Notes under the pieces: model-generated
Database searches by the model: none
The model's input: the letters and a program-made list of their open reading frames with translations, nothing else
What the model was told of the DNA's origin: nothing
Shown here: in pieces, positions 16,699 through 26,349 of the stretch
Layout: each line of letters opens with the position of its first letter
Numbering within the stretch: position 1 is the stretch's first letter
Translations under genes and position numbers: made by a program
DNA from: a virus
Virus record (IMG/VR): IMGVR_UViG_3300023174_000052
Location: 1 to 64,000 of that record
Length of the DNA stretch: 64,000 nt
Strand: one strand, 5' to 3'

Positions 16699-17525
16699 CA
16701 AACACCCCCATTCGTAGCGCGAACATTAAGTACTTCGAGTTCATCTTCCGTAATTGGATAATCTTTGTGGTTGTCTTCTCGTTCAGAAAGTCCGAATCGA
16801 AGACGAATAACCTTTTCTTCTCGAGGCGTCAAGGTCTTAAGAGCCTTTCGAATAATCGAAATTACCTTCTCACGATCAAGAGCAGCATCGGGTTCTTCAG
16901 CATCAGTGTCGGCGATCGTATCTTTAAGAGAACGAGAGTCGCCAGAATCGTCTCCACCGACCTTCGCATCAAGAGACATGGGAACACGATACGTATTCAT
17001 CAAAGTACGGTAGGTGTCAATAGACACACCCATGAACGCCGCGACTTCTTCATCATTCGGAGGACAACCAAACTCCTCAGTGTATTCGCGAATCATCATC
17101 TTCGAACGGTAGTAGAATACGTTAGCAGAAGACGGCATGCGAATCGACGCAGACTGATCCGTTACGAGGCGACGGACAGACTGTTTAATCCACCAGGTCG
17201 CGTAAGTCGAGAATTTAACACCTCGGCGCCAATCGAAACGATCCACGGCTTGAATAAGACCGATGTTCGACTCTTGGATCAAATCTTCCATGTCGCAACC
17301 GCGAGAAGCATAACGCTTAGCGATGCTGATGGCGAGACGAAGATTGGATTGGATCATGCGCTCACGGGCCGACTTATCACCAGCCTCCATACGCTGCGCG
17401 AGAGATGCTTCGTCCTCTCGAGTCAGAAGAGTGTGTCGTCCGACATCTTTGAAGAACTGTGCATTCATTCCATTGTTCATTGAACCGCTCCGTTTGTTTT
17501 GTTCGTTCGCCATCAGTTCGCTCAC
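16698..17525 (-). CDS. sigma70-family RNA polymerase sigma factor (regions 1.2-4.1; lacks 1.1 and 4.2)
   Basis: LLTREDE, NLRLAISIAKRY, DLIQESNIGLIQAVDRFD, KFSTYATWWIKQ, SLD, LTPREEKVIRLRFGL. Confidence 0.92.
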   Translation of the reverse strand: MSELMANEQNKRSGSMNNGMNAQFFKDVGRHTLLTREDEASLAQRMEAGDKSARERMIQSNLRLAISIAKRYASRGCDMEDLIQESNIGLIQAVDRFDWRRGVKFSTYATWWIKQSVRRLVTDQSASIRMPSSANVFYYRSKMMIREYTEEFGCPPNDEEVAAFMGVSIDTYRTLMNTYRVPMSLDAKVGGDDSGDSRSLKDTIADTDAEEPDAALDREKVISIIRKALKTLTPREEKVIRLRFGLSEREDNHKDYPITEDELEVLNVRATNGGV

Positions 17526-17544
17526 TTAGATAATATAATACACT

Positions 17545-17787
17545 TTACTCTGGAAGGGAATAGTCAGAGCGAAGATTTTGTAAATATTTTTCGTGATTCT
17601 GCTTGACGAGAGTACGCCATTCAATTTCACGAGCAAAATAACATGCTTCGATCTCCAGGTCATTGTGACGTCGACCTCGACGCCATTCACGCTTTAGGTA
17701 ACCATCAAGCGTATGGTGTCGCGACTCAAGTTCTTCTTGAGACATGGTTAGTAGGTCATCGAGTCGAATCTTATTCATAGTAGTCAT
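17545..17787 (-). CDS. hypothetical protein
   Basis: coupled to the groEL stop codon. Confidence 0.6.
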   Translation of the reverse strand: MTTMNKIRLDDLLTMSQEELESRHHTLDGYLKREWRRGRRHNDLEIEACYFAREIEWRTLVKQNHEKYLQNLRSDYSLPE

Positions 17788-19403
17788 TATACTTCCTCAT
17801 CTTCTGACATGAATTGGTCAGTATCCTCGACCACCGAGGCACCAACCGATAGCAACATTAAAGCTGCAGACGCCGCGTGTTCCAACGACGAACAAACAAC
17901 CTTCGCAGGATCAATAACCCCACGCTCGAGCATGTCGCACCACTCGAGATTAGCAGCATCGTAACCGATTCCATAGTCTTCTCGAACAAGACGTTCGATA
18001 ATCCTTTCCGAAGATACCCCAGCGTTCTCAAGGATCTGTTCGATTGGAGATAAACAGGCCTTTCGAACAACGCGGACGCCCGCTCTGTAAGCTTCTGATT
18101 GTCCACGTTCTAAATTCTTTAGAGACTTGGTCGCCTGCGCCAATGCAGAACCACCACCAGGTAGTACACCAGATTCCATCGCAGCTCGAGTTGCGTGGAG
18201 AGCATCATCGACACGATCACGCCGCTCGCGAAGCTCCATCTCGGTAGCACCACCAACTCGAATTACAGCAACGGCACCAGATAAACGGGCGAGTCGTCGA
18301 TGATGAAACTTAATCATTTCATCAGATAGAGTCGGGTCGCTTAGCTTTTCTCGAACTGCCTTTACTCGGTTCTCAATAGATTCGCGACTGCCTTTAGGAC
18401 GAACGATAACAGTCCTGTTTCGATTGACGATCATACGATCGCAGCTACCTAAATCTGCAAGAGTAATCGTCGACAACTCCTCAGGACCTCCCAGAAATAG
18501 CTTGCAACCCAGTAAAGTAGCGAGATCTTCAAGGGCAGGGATTCTACCATCGCCGAATTCAGGGGCACGAAGGACGCATGTCTGAACAACACCCTTCGCC
18601 TTATTCATAACAAGACCTTGTAGAGCTTCACCTTCGACATCATCGGCGACGATGACGAGTGGTTTAGAAGCCGACAGGATCTTTTCAAGCAAAGGAACCA
18701 GCTCTCGCATATTAGAAATCTTGCGATTAGTAATAAGGATATATGGATCCTTTAGATCTGCGACCATCTTATCCTGGTCGGTGACGAAATAAGGAGAAGT
18801 ATAACCTCGATCTAATTCTGCACCTTCAGTAACATTTAACGTTGTTGAAAAGCCCTTCGCTTCCTCAACAGTTACTACGCCTTCGTTTCCTACGGCATCG
18901 AAAGCTTTGGCCAGCAGCTCTCCGATTTCTCGTTCACCATTAGCTGAAATGGTTCCTACAGAAACAATCGCATCGCTTCCTTCAATACGTTTCGATTTTG
19001 AATCAAGCTCTTGTAAAATAGCGTGTGTAGCTTCTTCGATTCCTTGGCGTAATTCAAGAGAAGAATACCCAGCATTTAGCAACCTTTGGCCTTCACTAAA
19101 GATCGCATGTGTTAATACAGTCGCTGTTGTAGTGCCATCTCCTGCTACATCACAGGCTCGGGATGCTGCTTCTTTTACAATTTGCGCGCCGAGATTCGCG
19201 TAACGATTCCTGAGATTGATCGCCTTCGCCACAGTTACACCATCCTTAGTAACAACGGGTGGTTGCCCTGGAACTTCAATGACGACATTATTTCCTCGAG
19301 GACCGAGTGTAACGCGTACGGCATCGGCAAGAGCTGCAACGCCTTCAAGAATATGGTCTCTTGCCTTTTGACCAAATTCAAGATGCTTTAATGAACCACT
19401 CAT
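17787..19403 (-). CDS. groEL: chaperonin GroEL
   Basis: TLGPRG, TKDGVTVAK, AGDGTTTATVL, VGGATE.E..ER.DR.DDA, G.IDP.KV. Confidence 0.97.
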   Translation of the reverse strand: MSGSLKHLEFGQKARDHILEGVAALADAVRVTLGPRGNNVVIEVPGQPPVVTKDGVTVAKAINLRNRYANLGAQIVKEAASRACDVAGDGTTTATVLTHAIFSEGQRLLNAGYSSLELRQGIEEATHAILQELDSKSKRIEGSDAIVSVGTISANGEREIGELLAKAFDAVGNEGVVTVEEAKGFSTTLNVTEGAELDRGYTSPYFVTDQDKMVADLKDPYILITNRKISNMRELVPLLEKILSASKPLVIVADDVEGEALQGLVMNKAKGVVQTCVLRAPEFGDGRIPALEDLATLLGCKLFLGGPEELSTITLADLGSCDRMIVNRNRTVIVRPKGSRESIENRVKAVREKLSDPTLSDEMIKFHHRRLARLSGAVAVIRVGGATEMELRERRDRVDDALHATRAAMESGVLPGGGSALAQATKSLKNLERGQSEAYRAGVRVVRKACLSPIEQILENAGVSSERIIERLVREDYGIGYDAANLEWCDMLERGVIDPAKVVCSSLEHAASAALMLLSVGASVVEDTDQFMSEDEEV

Positions 19404-19609
19404 CCCTTAAGAACCTGTCGGCCTTCACGAAGTAGAAAAGCTGCGCCATCTAATTGTCGACGCTCGCGTGTAACTACATTTTCTGCTACATACAAATCGC
19501 CATAACGAAACGCAATTTCGTTGGGTCCAATTACGTTATTCACTCGAAGCACGTCAAGTTCATTCGCAGATAGCGAACCATCTAATTGAGCAGCCATTCT
19601 AACCTCCAA
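19400..19609 (-). CDS. hypothetical protein
   Basis: coupled ORF between the exonuclease and groEL. Confidence 0.6.
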   Translation of the reverse strand: MEVRMAAQLDGSLSANELDVLRVNNVIGPNEIAFRYGDLYVAENVVTRERRQLDGAAFLLREGRQVLKG

Positions 19610-20384
19610 TAGTCGAAAAAGATTCTACAAACTTTGGCCAAGATTTATCACTAATAATAGAACTAAATCCAAAATGTTCTAAAGAACGCTTGAGAGCGTC
19701 CCAGTTTGTATTAGGCGTCGAGTGTTCAAGACCTCCGTCAATCTCTTCGAAACGGATGAGCGTCATGTTTCGTTCAAAGATTTGTTTGTTATCATCTTTC
19801 GACAAGAACTCTTCGAGAGATTCAGGATCGGTCATAAACTTCTCGGCTCGTTTCGGACCAACACCTTTAAACCCCGGGATATTATCCGAACCGTCACCGG
19901 TCAAAGATTTCCAGGCGACGTAATCGTAATCTGTCGGATCGATCCACTTTTCTTTGACTGGGTTGAAAAGAGTGACTCGACTATCGCCCTGTTCTAAGAG
20001 TTGGGTAAAGTCGGAGTCTGAAGAGATAATGATACACTGTTCGTCTTTCCTCATGACCTTGCAGATATGGGCGATCGTATCGTCGCATTCCCGTTCGGGG
20101 TGTCGAATGACGTGTACAGGCATGTGAGCAAGAAGTCCAAGGATTTCTGCATGCTGACGCCAGAAGTCATCACCAGCAGATTCGCGCTGTGCCTTGTACT
20201 CCGAGAAGAGTTCGCGGCGGGCACGCGCCTTGCCTTCTTTTACGATATAAACCCGATTGGGCTTGAACTGGTTCATCATTTTTCGTAGCATCAACATGAA
20301 AGTAAAAGTGATGCTGTGGTCGCCACGGTTAAACCCGGCGCGCGCTCGGTGCACCGTGTTATTGAAGTCGATAATGAGATTCAC
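19599..20384 (-). CDS. 5'-3' exonuclease / flap endonuclease (Pol I N-terminal or T4 RNase H-like)
   Basis: IID.NN, YKAQR, ECDDTIA, SSDSDF.QL, GDGSDNIPG..GVGPK.A. Confidence 0.92.
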   Translation of the reverse strand: MNLIIDFNNTVHRARAGFNRGDHSITFTFMLMLRKMMNQFKPNRVYIVKEGKARARRELFSEYKAQRESAGDDFWRQHAEILGLLAHMPVHVIRHPERECDDTIAHICKVMRKDEQCIIISSDSDFTQLLEQGDSRVTLFNPVKEKWIDPTDYDYVAWKSLTGDGSDNIPGFKGVGPKRAEKFMTDPESLEEFLSKDDNKQIFERNMTLIRFEEIDGGLEHSTPNTNWDALKRSLEHFGFSSIISDKSWPKFVESFSTIGG

Positions 20385-20386
20385 TA

Positions 20387-20800
20387 TTAGAACCCGGGTG
20401 GGAGGTTGAACTTAGCTTTCGTACCATCAGATAATAACATCTGATTGTATTCATGAACAGGTTGTTCGTGAACTTTTTCTTTCGACGCAGTAACATTCAT
20501 CTCGCCAAGAAGCTGATTTGATTTCTTTACTGCGTTTTCACAGAGAGAATTGATCGCCGCTGTTGCGTTTTGAATGAGATACTCCCTCGCAGTTTCAACA
20601 TCGTTGAATACGCGAAAGTTTGTATCTGATAGCATGAACCTCTTGCGAGTGCCACCCTGCGACAACGCTTCAACAGTGTGCGTTGTTTCTTCACCGGCGA
20701 GTGTCTTTCGCACGAGTTCTTCGACGATAAGGACTGGGACCAACGAAGTATCGTCGGTCTTCATTACATAAAGGATTTGACCTACTGTTCGATTGCTCAT
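20387..20800 (-). CDS. hypothetical protein
   Basis: 137 aa ORF in operon. Confidence 0.6.
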   Translation of the reverse strand: MSNRTVGQILYVMKTDDTSLVPVLIVEELVRKTLAGEETTHTVEALSQGGTRKRFMLSDTNFRVFNDVETAREYLIQNATAAINSLCENAVKKSNQLLGEMNVTASKEKVHEQPVHEYNQMLLSDGTKAKFNLPPGF

Positions 20801-20856
20801 ACTAATATCTTACTTGGGAGCGTAAGAATGTTTAAGCTCCCAGAGAAGAAATTAGC

Positions 20857-21195
20857 TTAGCGCTTGAATCCTACGCCGAGGAAGCCCATCGTGACGCCGT
20901 CTTTCTTAGCAGCGGTCTTTCCGAAGACTTCACCCGAAGCCCACATACGTTCGAGTTCAGAACGTACAGCGCGACGAACTTTTAGAGATTCCTTGATCTC
21001 ATCTGCTTCTTTTGAAACTTCGTCGGCTTCGTCGCATTCCTGCGCGTCTTCCTCTTCTTCGTCATCCTTTTTAGCAGTGACGCCATCGTTCGAGCTGAAC
21101 TCGTAGATAACTTCACGGGACTCTTTTAAAAGCTTCGACTCCCCTTCGACAGGGAGACCGGCAAGTTCAAGTAGACGCTTCGATTCTAAAATCAT
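20857..21195 (-). CDS. acidic putative head protein
   Basis: RLLELAGL and LLKE motifs; SD AGGAG. Confidence 0.55.
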   Translation of the reverse strand: MILESKRLLELAGLPVEGESKLLKESREVIYEFSSNDGVTAKKDDEEEEDAQECDEADEVSKEADEIKESLKVRRAVRSELERMWASGEVFGKTAAKKDGVTMGFLGVGFKR

Positions 21196-21237
21196 GATAT
21201 ACTCCTGCTTTTATATATCAAGTAGAAAGAGTATATC

Positions 21238-21585
21238 TTACTTTTTTCTGTCGCTTAGATTTGACGCGACCTTAGACATGATGTCCTTACCCTTGGACGT
21301 AGCTTCTTTAAGTGGAAGAAGACCAAGGACACCCCTTACTCGATCGTATTCACTCTCTGTAAGGTTTTCTTTAAGAATCTTAAGGTCTGCAAACTGGCGG
21401 AGATCCATCTCAACGACGGGCATTTCGTTGCCTTCGTCGTCGGGTTCTGTCTCGCCAGTCTCGCGGTTAACGAAGATGAAAAGAATGTGTGGGTCGGGTT
21501 GTTCCGATGGGACTTGTATGAAAGGGATCTGTGAATCCTCTTCGTACATGATTTCTGGTATCCAAGATTTGTGATTAGTTTTCAT
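21238..21585 (-). CDS. hypothetical protein
   Basis: 115 aa ORF. Confidence 0.6.
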   Translation of the reverse strand: MKTNHKSWIPEIMYEEDSQIPFIQVPSEQPDPHILFIFVNRETGETEPDDEGNEMPVVEMDLRQFADLKILKENLTESEYDRVRGVLGLLPLKEATSKGKDIMSKVASNLSDRKK

Positions 21586-21603
21586 AAAGAATAATCAATC
21601 AAA

Positions 21604-22947
21604 TCACTTTTTAAGTAAACCCGCATTTTTAATTTTTTCTACACCTGCTGCGATAAAGTCAGGAAACGTCGGGTCTATTTTTTTCATAGAACTTAATAAC
21701 TTGTCATCTAAACCGTCTGTGAAACTTTTAATAAATTCTTCGCGCGCAAGTTCCAAAGATTTTTGTACTTCTTCCCCAGACATGACTTCTTTGATTTGTT
21801 CTAATTGTTTCGCAGAAGTCATTTTCATTATAGCAGCCTTAACGAATTCTTCTTTTTGTTCGTCACTATATTGTTTTTTAGGATCGAATTTAATTTGTGC
21901 GCCTTTTATAAATGAATTTTTGACTTTTTCATCGTTTTTTATTTTTTGATATGTTTCATCAACTACAGCTTGCATTTTTTTTGTAGGGTCTGTATTGTCC
22001 AAACCATCGATCTTAAGTATACTATTTCCCAGAGTTTTATATGCTGCCGAAACTTCTTGTAGATCTTTCGCGTTTTCAATCATGCTTATAAATTGAAGAG
22101 GAGTATTAAGCGCATTGACATATGCATCGAGTTCTTCTTGTTTCGCTTTTAATATTTTTTTATTATCAATTTTCTTTCCAATTGCTTTCGCAAATTCATC
22201 GCTCTGAAATAGTCGTATGTATCCCTTAAGTAATTCATCACTTGGCGAACTGGATTCTTGCGTATCTTGATTATTCTTTTCTTGTAGTAATTTTTTTCTA
22301 ATAGCATGTACGCCAGCGTATTCACTAACTGTTGTATTTTCAATTTGCATAATCTTAGATATTTTTTTAAGGACAGACTGTAAAACTTCTTCTATTTCTG
22401 ATCTTTGAGAACCGCTAGTATTTCTACGAAGCATTAGTTGTTTAATGTACTCTGCATCATCAGGACTTTCGGGTGGATTGCCCAAAAATCTTTCTATTGT
22501 CTCCGACGGAATCCCAGCATTTTTACAAAATTGATGAAGTTCTATTAAGTTCGCTCTTCCATTTAACGCAATATGCGCTGCAAAATACGGTCCGGGGGCT
22601 GCTAACATCGCGAATGTAGCGAAATCTCCATTCGTTTCTACGATATCTCCCCAAAGTGATTTATATTCCGACGCTAATTTATTTAGCGTATCTTTTCTAT
22701 CTGTCTTGAGCTTTTTAATTTTTTCTTCGTCAGTTTCAACAGTAATATTATATGCGTACTTCAGCGCGCCCCAAAGATCTTTGACTCCGAGCTTAAAAGC
22801 TTTTTTTACATTTTCTAGACCTTTAGAAATAGGATTCCAAAGAATCGTATGCGAATAATGCTTGTACTCATTTAAATCACGTTGACTAGTCACGTCTTCA
22901 ATCCTGTTCGATAAGCGCAGGTGTTTGTCGTATATTAGCTCCATCAA
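21604..22947 (-). CDS. helical hypothetical protein, possible internal head protein
   Basis: 447 aa, Lys/Glu rich, AT-rich DNA. Confidence 0.6.
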   Translation of the reverse strand: MMELIYDKHLRLSNRIEDVTSQRDLNEYKHYSHTILWNPISKGLENVKKAFKLGVKDLWGALKYAYNITVETDEEKIKKLKTDRKDTLNKLASEYKSLWGDIVETNGDFATFAMLAAPGPYFAAHIALNGRANLIELHQFCKNAGIPSETIERFLGNPPESPDDAEYIKQLMLRRNTSGSQRSEIEEVLQSVLKKISKIMQIENTTVSEYAGVHAIRKKLLQEKNNQDTQESSSPSDELLKGYIRLFQSDEFAKAIGKKIDNKKILKAKQEELDAYVNALNTPLQFISMIENAKDLQEVSAAYKTLGNSILKIDGLDNTDPTKKMQAVVDETYQKIKNDEKVKNSFIKGAQIKFDPKKQYSDEQKEEFVKAAIMKMTSAKQLEQIKEVMSGEEVQKSLELAREEFIKSFTDGLDDKLLSSMKKIDPTFPDFIAAGVEKIKNAGLLKK

Positions 22948-23893
22948 TCGAAACCTTAGAACCCATATATTTTTTCGTTGCTAATGCCAATTGACCTTTT
23001 ATAGTTTTTATAGCTAAAGAAATAGACATATAGCTCTCAGACCCTCTTTCCTGACATGATCTAAAACGAAGCAAATCAGAAAGCATTCTTTCTAAATCAC
23101 GGATATGCGCGGTATGTCCAAATGGAACTGTCTTATTAGATTTTAGAACGAATGGAACCTCGGACAATTTCTTTTTAACTCCTTCTCCAAGAGAAGCGAC
23201 GGGCGCAACGATTGGTAAATTAGCACCAGGAGCTTGTTTTTTCTTTTCTACCTCTTTATTTTTTTCTGGGGCCTGTTTCGCTGTAGATTTTTTTTGCTTA
23301 CCAGGACCGGTCACAAGTGATGGTGTTAATACTTGTGCAGGATCAAGACCACCCAATATAATTCTTGCTAAAGAATCTAGATTGACCCATAAATCGTCTC
23401 GTTCATCAGTTGTAAGACTTTTAACGTAAGAAATAATTTTAGTCTGTATTTCTTTGTCGTTAAGTGAAGCACCTGCTCTTATTTTATTAATCTTATCTAC
23501 GAAATCATTCCCTTTTAACGTCTGTGGCAGTTCTTGTGGTGTATCGATAAGTTCATCTGCGCCCGCTAATTTTTTATCGCCAGTATCGTCTTCTTTATCT
23601 CCCGATGTATCTTCTGCACCCTTTGCGTCTTCCGCGTCGTCGGAATCGTCTCCGGAATCATCTGCACCCTTATCATCTCCCGCTGCATCGTCGCCTGGGT
23701 CGTCGGCAAATAAATCATCACCTTCATCGTCATCGGCGCCCTTTTCTTCATCGTCTTCTACAACGGGTTTAGGTTTATCTGCTTTGACCTTGCGACTTTT
23801 AATTCTACGCGTTAATTCTTTTTGAACTTTTGATTCATCTTCACGAAGCAAAACTAATGCCTCTAGGAGTTGTTTTGAAGTTGAGAGAGCCAT
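22898..23893 (-). CDS. hypothetical protein with long Asp-rich tract
   Basis: 331 aa; LLE/LLRE N-terminus, D/G/A low-complexity region. Confidence 0.65.
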   Translation of the reverse strand: MALSTSKQLLEALVLLREDESKVQKELTRRIKSRKVKADKPKPVVEDDEEKGADDDEGDDLFADDPGDDAAGDDKGADDSGDDSDDAEDAKGAEDTSGDKEDDTGDKKLAGADELIDTPQELPQTLKGNDFVDKINKIRAGASLNDKEIQTKIISYVKSLTTDERDDLWVNLDSLARIILGGLDPAQVLTPSLVTGPGKQKKSTAKQAPEKNKEVEKKKQAPGANLPIVAPVASLGEGVKKKLSEVPFVLKSNKTVPFGHTAHIRDLERMLSDLLRFRSCQERGSESYMSISLAIKTIKGQLALATKKYMGSKVSIDGANIRQTPALIEQD

Positions 23894-23894
23894 G

Positions 23895-24062
23895 TTATCG
23901 TCTCCAAGTCGTACGATTCTGTGGTAGCTCTCTATAGCGTCGAATATATTCCCTTTGTGGGGTTATATCTTGAACAGGTAATTCTTGCGGAACTGTTGTT
24001 TGTTCACGACGAGAAATATCATCAATAAACTTATCAAATTCAAAAACAATTTCTTCAGACAT
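23895..24062 (-). CDS. small hypothetical protein
   Basis: SD GGAG before ATG 24062. Confidence 0.55.
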   Translation of the reverse strand: MSEEIVFEFDKFIDDISRREQTTVPQELPVQDITPQREYIRRYRELPQNRTTWRR

Positions 24063-24081
24063 AAATTCTCCAACGCTCAAA

Positions 24082-24447
24082 TTAACTATTCGTTCTAGCA
24101 GCGCATATCTTAATTATTGAATCCTGTGTGAGTTCGATCGAAGTAACTATAGCTAGTCCTAAATTTGTCAAGATATTCGGTATAGAAAAATTTAAATCAA
24201 TACTATTATTCAGGATTTCAATACAATCGTTTTGTTCTAACACTGTAGTAATTTCTACCATATATTCACTTACTTTTATAGATTTTAAAGCGCACTTATA
24301 TTTTTTCGTGCCCAAAATCAAATCGGTAGATTTTAACTGATTTATCTTTGCGTTATCTTGTGAGGATTCGAGTAATTCCAGTAATTCTTTAGAAGCGATT
24401 ATTAATCCATCATCTGATATCATCGATATCCTCTTTAATTCGATCAA
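24082..24447 (-). CDS. hypothetical protein
   Basis: ORF in operon; start uncertain. Confidence 0.5.
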   Translation of the reverse strand: MIELKRISMISDDGLIIASKELLELLESSQDNAKINQLKSTDLILGTKKYKCALKSIKVSEYMVEITTVLEQNDCIEILNNSIDLNFSIPNILTNLGLAIVTSIELTQDSIIKICAARTNS

Positions 24448-24790
24448 TAGCTCTAAAGAACTTTTCGACTGCCTCTGGTATTCTTCGATTCGTTGATGCC
24501 TGTTCCTCTAATTTTACGTTAGTACCCTCTATCGTTATCTTAACGAAATGATGCATTCTATCTTCTAATTCTTGAACGGATGCTACGAAATCTTTAGATT
24601 TTTCCCGACTGCTAAAATCATAAGATGCAACAACAACGTCAGTTTCTTTTCTAGACCATGATGTTTTTTCGGGTTCAATAGGCAAACTACCGTTGGCTTG
24701 ACCCATGCTTTCGAGCAATCTTGAAGCATGAGAAGAGTATCCTCGACTCGTTGTCGATCGACTAGCTGCGAATTCACGCAAGTTACGCAA
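24410..24790 (-). CDS. pterin-4a-carbinolamine dehydratase-like protein
   Basis: W..YDF..FV..V..MHH..ITI..V pattern of the PCD fold. Confidence 0.55.
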   Translation of the reverse strand: MRNLREFAASRSTTSRGYSSHASRLLESMGQANGSLPIEPEKTSWSRKETDVVVASYDFSSREKSKDFVASVQELEDRMHHFVKITIEGTNVKLEEQASTNRRIPEAVEKFFRAIDRIKEDIDDIR

Positions 24791-25112
24791 GTTCTTCCCC
24801 AGTAAATTCAGTATATAATTTTATTACTTCTTTGTAAAATTCACCGACATGTTCATCTGATATCATCTCGCCCAATGCAGACAACGCACTCGATAGTTCA
24901 CGATTGTTTGCTGGTTCATAATCTGGGTCTTGAATAGGTGGTCGTTGTACAGACAATTGAACTGGCGACTCTAAGGAAGGACTAACTGGAACTGCTGCAC
25001 GTGGTACATCCCGTTGTTGTTTATCATCCTTTCCGCTGCGATTCGCAGTTGGATCAGCGGCTAGAGCTAATTCTAATAACATTTCTCGAAGAGCTGACTC
25101 TTTCGTTTTCAT
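24783..25112 (-). CDS. hypothetical protein
   Basis: LREMLLE N-terminus; coupled ORF. Confidence 0.6.
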   Translation of the reverse strand: MKTKESALREMLLELALAADPTANRSGKDDKQQRDVPRAAVPVSPSLESPVQLSVQRPPIQDPDYEPANNRELSSALSALGEMISDEHVGEFYKEVIKLYTEFTGEELA

Positions 25113-25504
25113 TTCATGCCTCCGAGCGCGTTAACTATAATGATTGATAAGCCAATGCCACTTACGAAACCAGCAGCTGCGACATATGGCTTCGCTGCAA
25201 CTACTCGATTATATTTTTTTGTCAAATCTATATTCTCTGTCTCTAATTTAGATAAAGAACTTTCACATGAAGTCAATTTTGAATCTACTATTTCTTTATC
25301 TCTCTCGAGAGTAGACGTCGCGGTCTTTACTTCAAGTATCGTTTTTATCTGACAACGTTTTTCTTCTGCACTTGAAGAAGAAAGAACGCCCGCGGTGGCC
25401 TCTGCATTGAACAACGTTCCTGAAAACGGGGCGACTTCTCCTTTGTTAACAGTAACAACCCTGGGATCTGCATACGCAAGAGAGATTAATAGGAACGCTA
25501 GCAT
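25109..25504 (-). CDS. signal peptide + coiled coil + C-terminal TM protein (spanin-like)
   Basis: AYA signal, APFSGTL motif, heptads, C-terminal hydrophobic helix. Confidence 0.5.
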   Translation of the reverse strand: MLAFLLISLAYADPRVVTVNKGEVAPFSGTLFNAEATAGVLSSSSAEEKRCQIKTILEVKTATSTLERDKEIVDSKLTSCESSLSKLETENIDLTKKYNRVVAAKPYVAAAGFVSGIGLSIIIVNALGGMK

Positions 25505-25505
25505 T

Positions 25506-25850
25506 TTATTTTGAATCCTCGTTTTTAAAATCGAATTTTTCTGAAATAAGACGAGTTAATTCTTTATTATCCTTCGAAGAAAGTTCTTTAATTTCTAATT
25601 CTGTTGCGTGCTTAACGTCGACAAACTTTTCATTCGCTTCTTTTAAAGCCTCGGATCGTCGATGTTCATCTTCAAGATTCGCTCGAACAGCATCATCAAT
25701 TCCAGAAACATATTCACGATGTAAATCTACGCTATCACTCTTTTTGAATTTTTTAATTCCAAATATAGCGCCGATAGAAACTATAAAAAGACCAAGAGCC
25801 CCCAGCACAATAACCCAATATTTTTTTATCGTCTTGAGAACTAGTTCCAT
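25506..25850 (-). CDS. N-terminal TM + coiled-coil protein (i-spanin-like)
   Basis: TM helix then helical charged domain. Confidence 0.5.
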   Translation of the reverse strand: MELVLKTIKKYWVIVLGALGLFIVSIGAIFGIKKFKKSDSVDLHREYVSGIDDAVRANLEDEHRRSEALKEANEKFVDVKHATELEIKELSSKDNKELTRLISEKFDFKNEDSK

Positions 25851-25861
25851 TACATCACTTC

Positions 25862-26092
25862 CTAATGATAAATATCATCTACTTTTTTATGCCTAATATT
25901 CTTGTTCGCTGATTTTATTGATTCAAGCAACTGTTTAAAGTCGTCAGTGATAATAACAATAGCTCTAGAATGATTTCTAACCGCTTCGACCATCGCAACT
26001 AAAAGTTGATCTTGTGCATCTACTTTCGCTTCGAGTTGATTGATTTTTTCTTGCAACTCGTCGATTCCTAAGACACCCTGTAAAATCTTCAT
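25862..26092 (-). CDS. coiled-coil hypothetical protein
   Basis: heptad pattern; coupled ORF. Confidence 0.55.
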   Translation of the reverse strand: MKILQGVLGIDELQEKINQLEAKVDAQDQLLVAMVEAVRNHSRAIVIITDDFKQLLESIKSANKNIRHKKVDDIYH

Positions 26093-26349
26093 GTCTTTTC
26101 ACCTGCAAGAATTTTATCGAATAAATCATCGGTCTCGATCCTAGAAATTTTATTAATCTTTTTATTTCTTTTTAAATCTATGAACTCTTCGAAATGTGCA
26201 ACCATTTCTGGACGACCATCGACGAGACCATTGACGAAGTGTTCGACAATCTCCTGCATTGTAATTCGTTCATCGATACACATCCTCCTAAATTCTACGT
26301 GAACATCTTTTGATAAGTGCACATGAATCGGTCGACGTTCAATTATCAA
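26089..26349 (-). CDS. ribbon-helix-helix DNA-binding protein
   Basis: IHVHLSKDVHVEFRRMC..ITMQEIVEHFV. Confidence 0.65.
   Translation of the reverse strand: MIIERRPIHVHLSKDVHVEFRRMCIDERITMQEIVEHFVNGLVDGRPEMVAHFEEFIDLKRNKKINKISRIETDDLFDKILAGEKT

Noticed and set aside
19400-19609. groES upstream of groEL
   Set aside because: No PL.DR, GGI or G.V.AVG motifs; only about 69 aa.
20815-20842. TGGGAGC/GCTCCCA hairpin as a terminator
   Set aside because: Long 14-nt loop and no U-tract on the coding strand, so function is unsupported.
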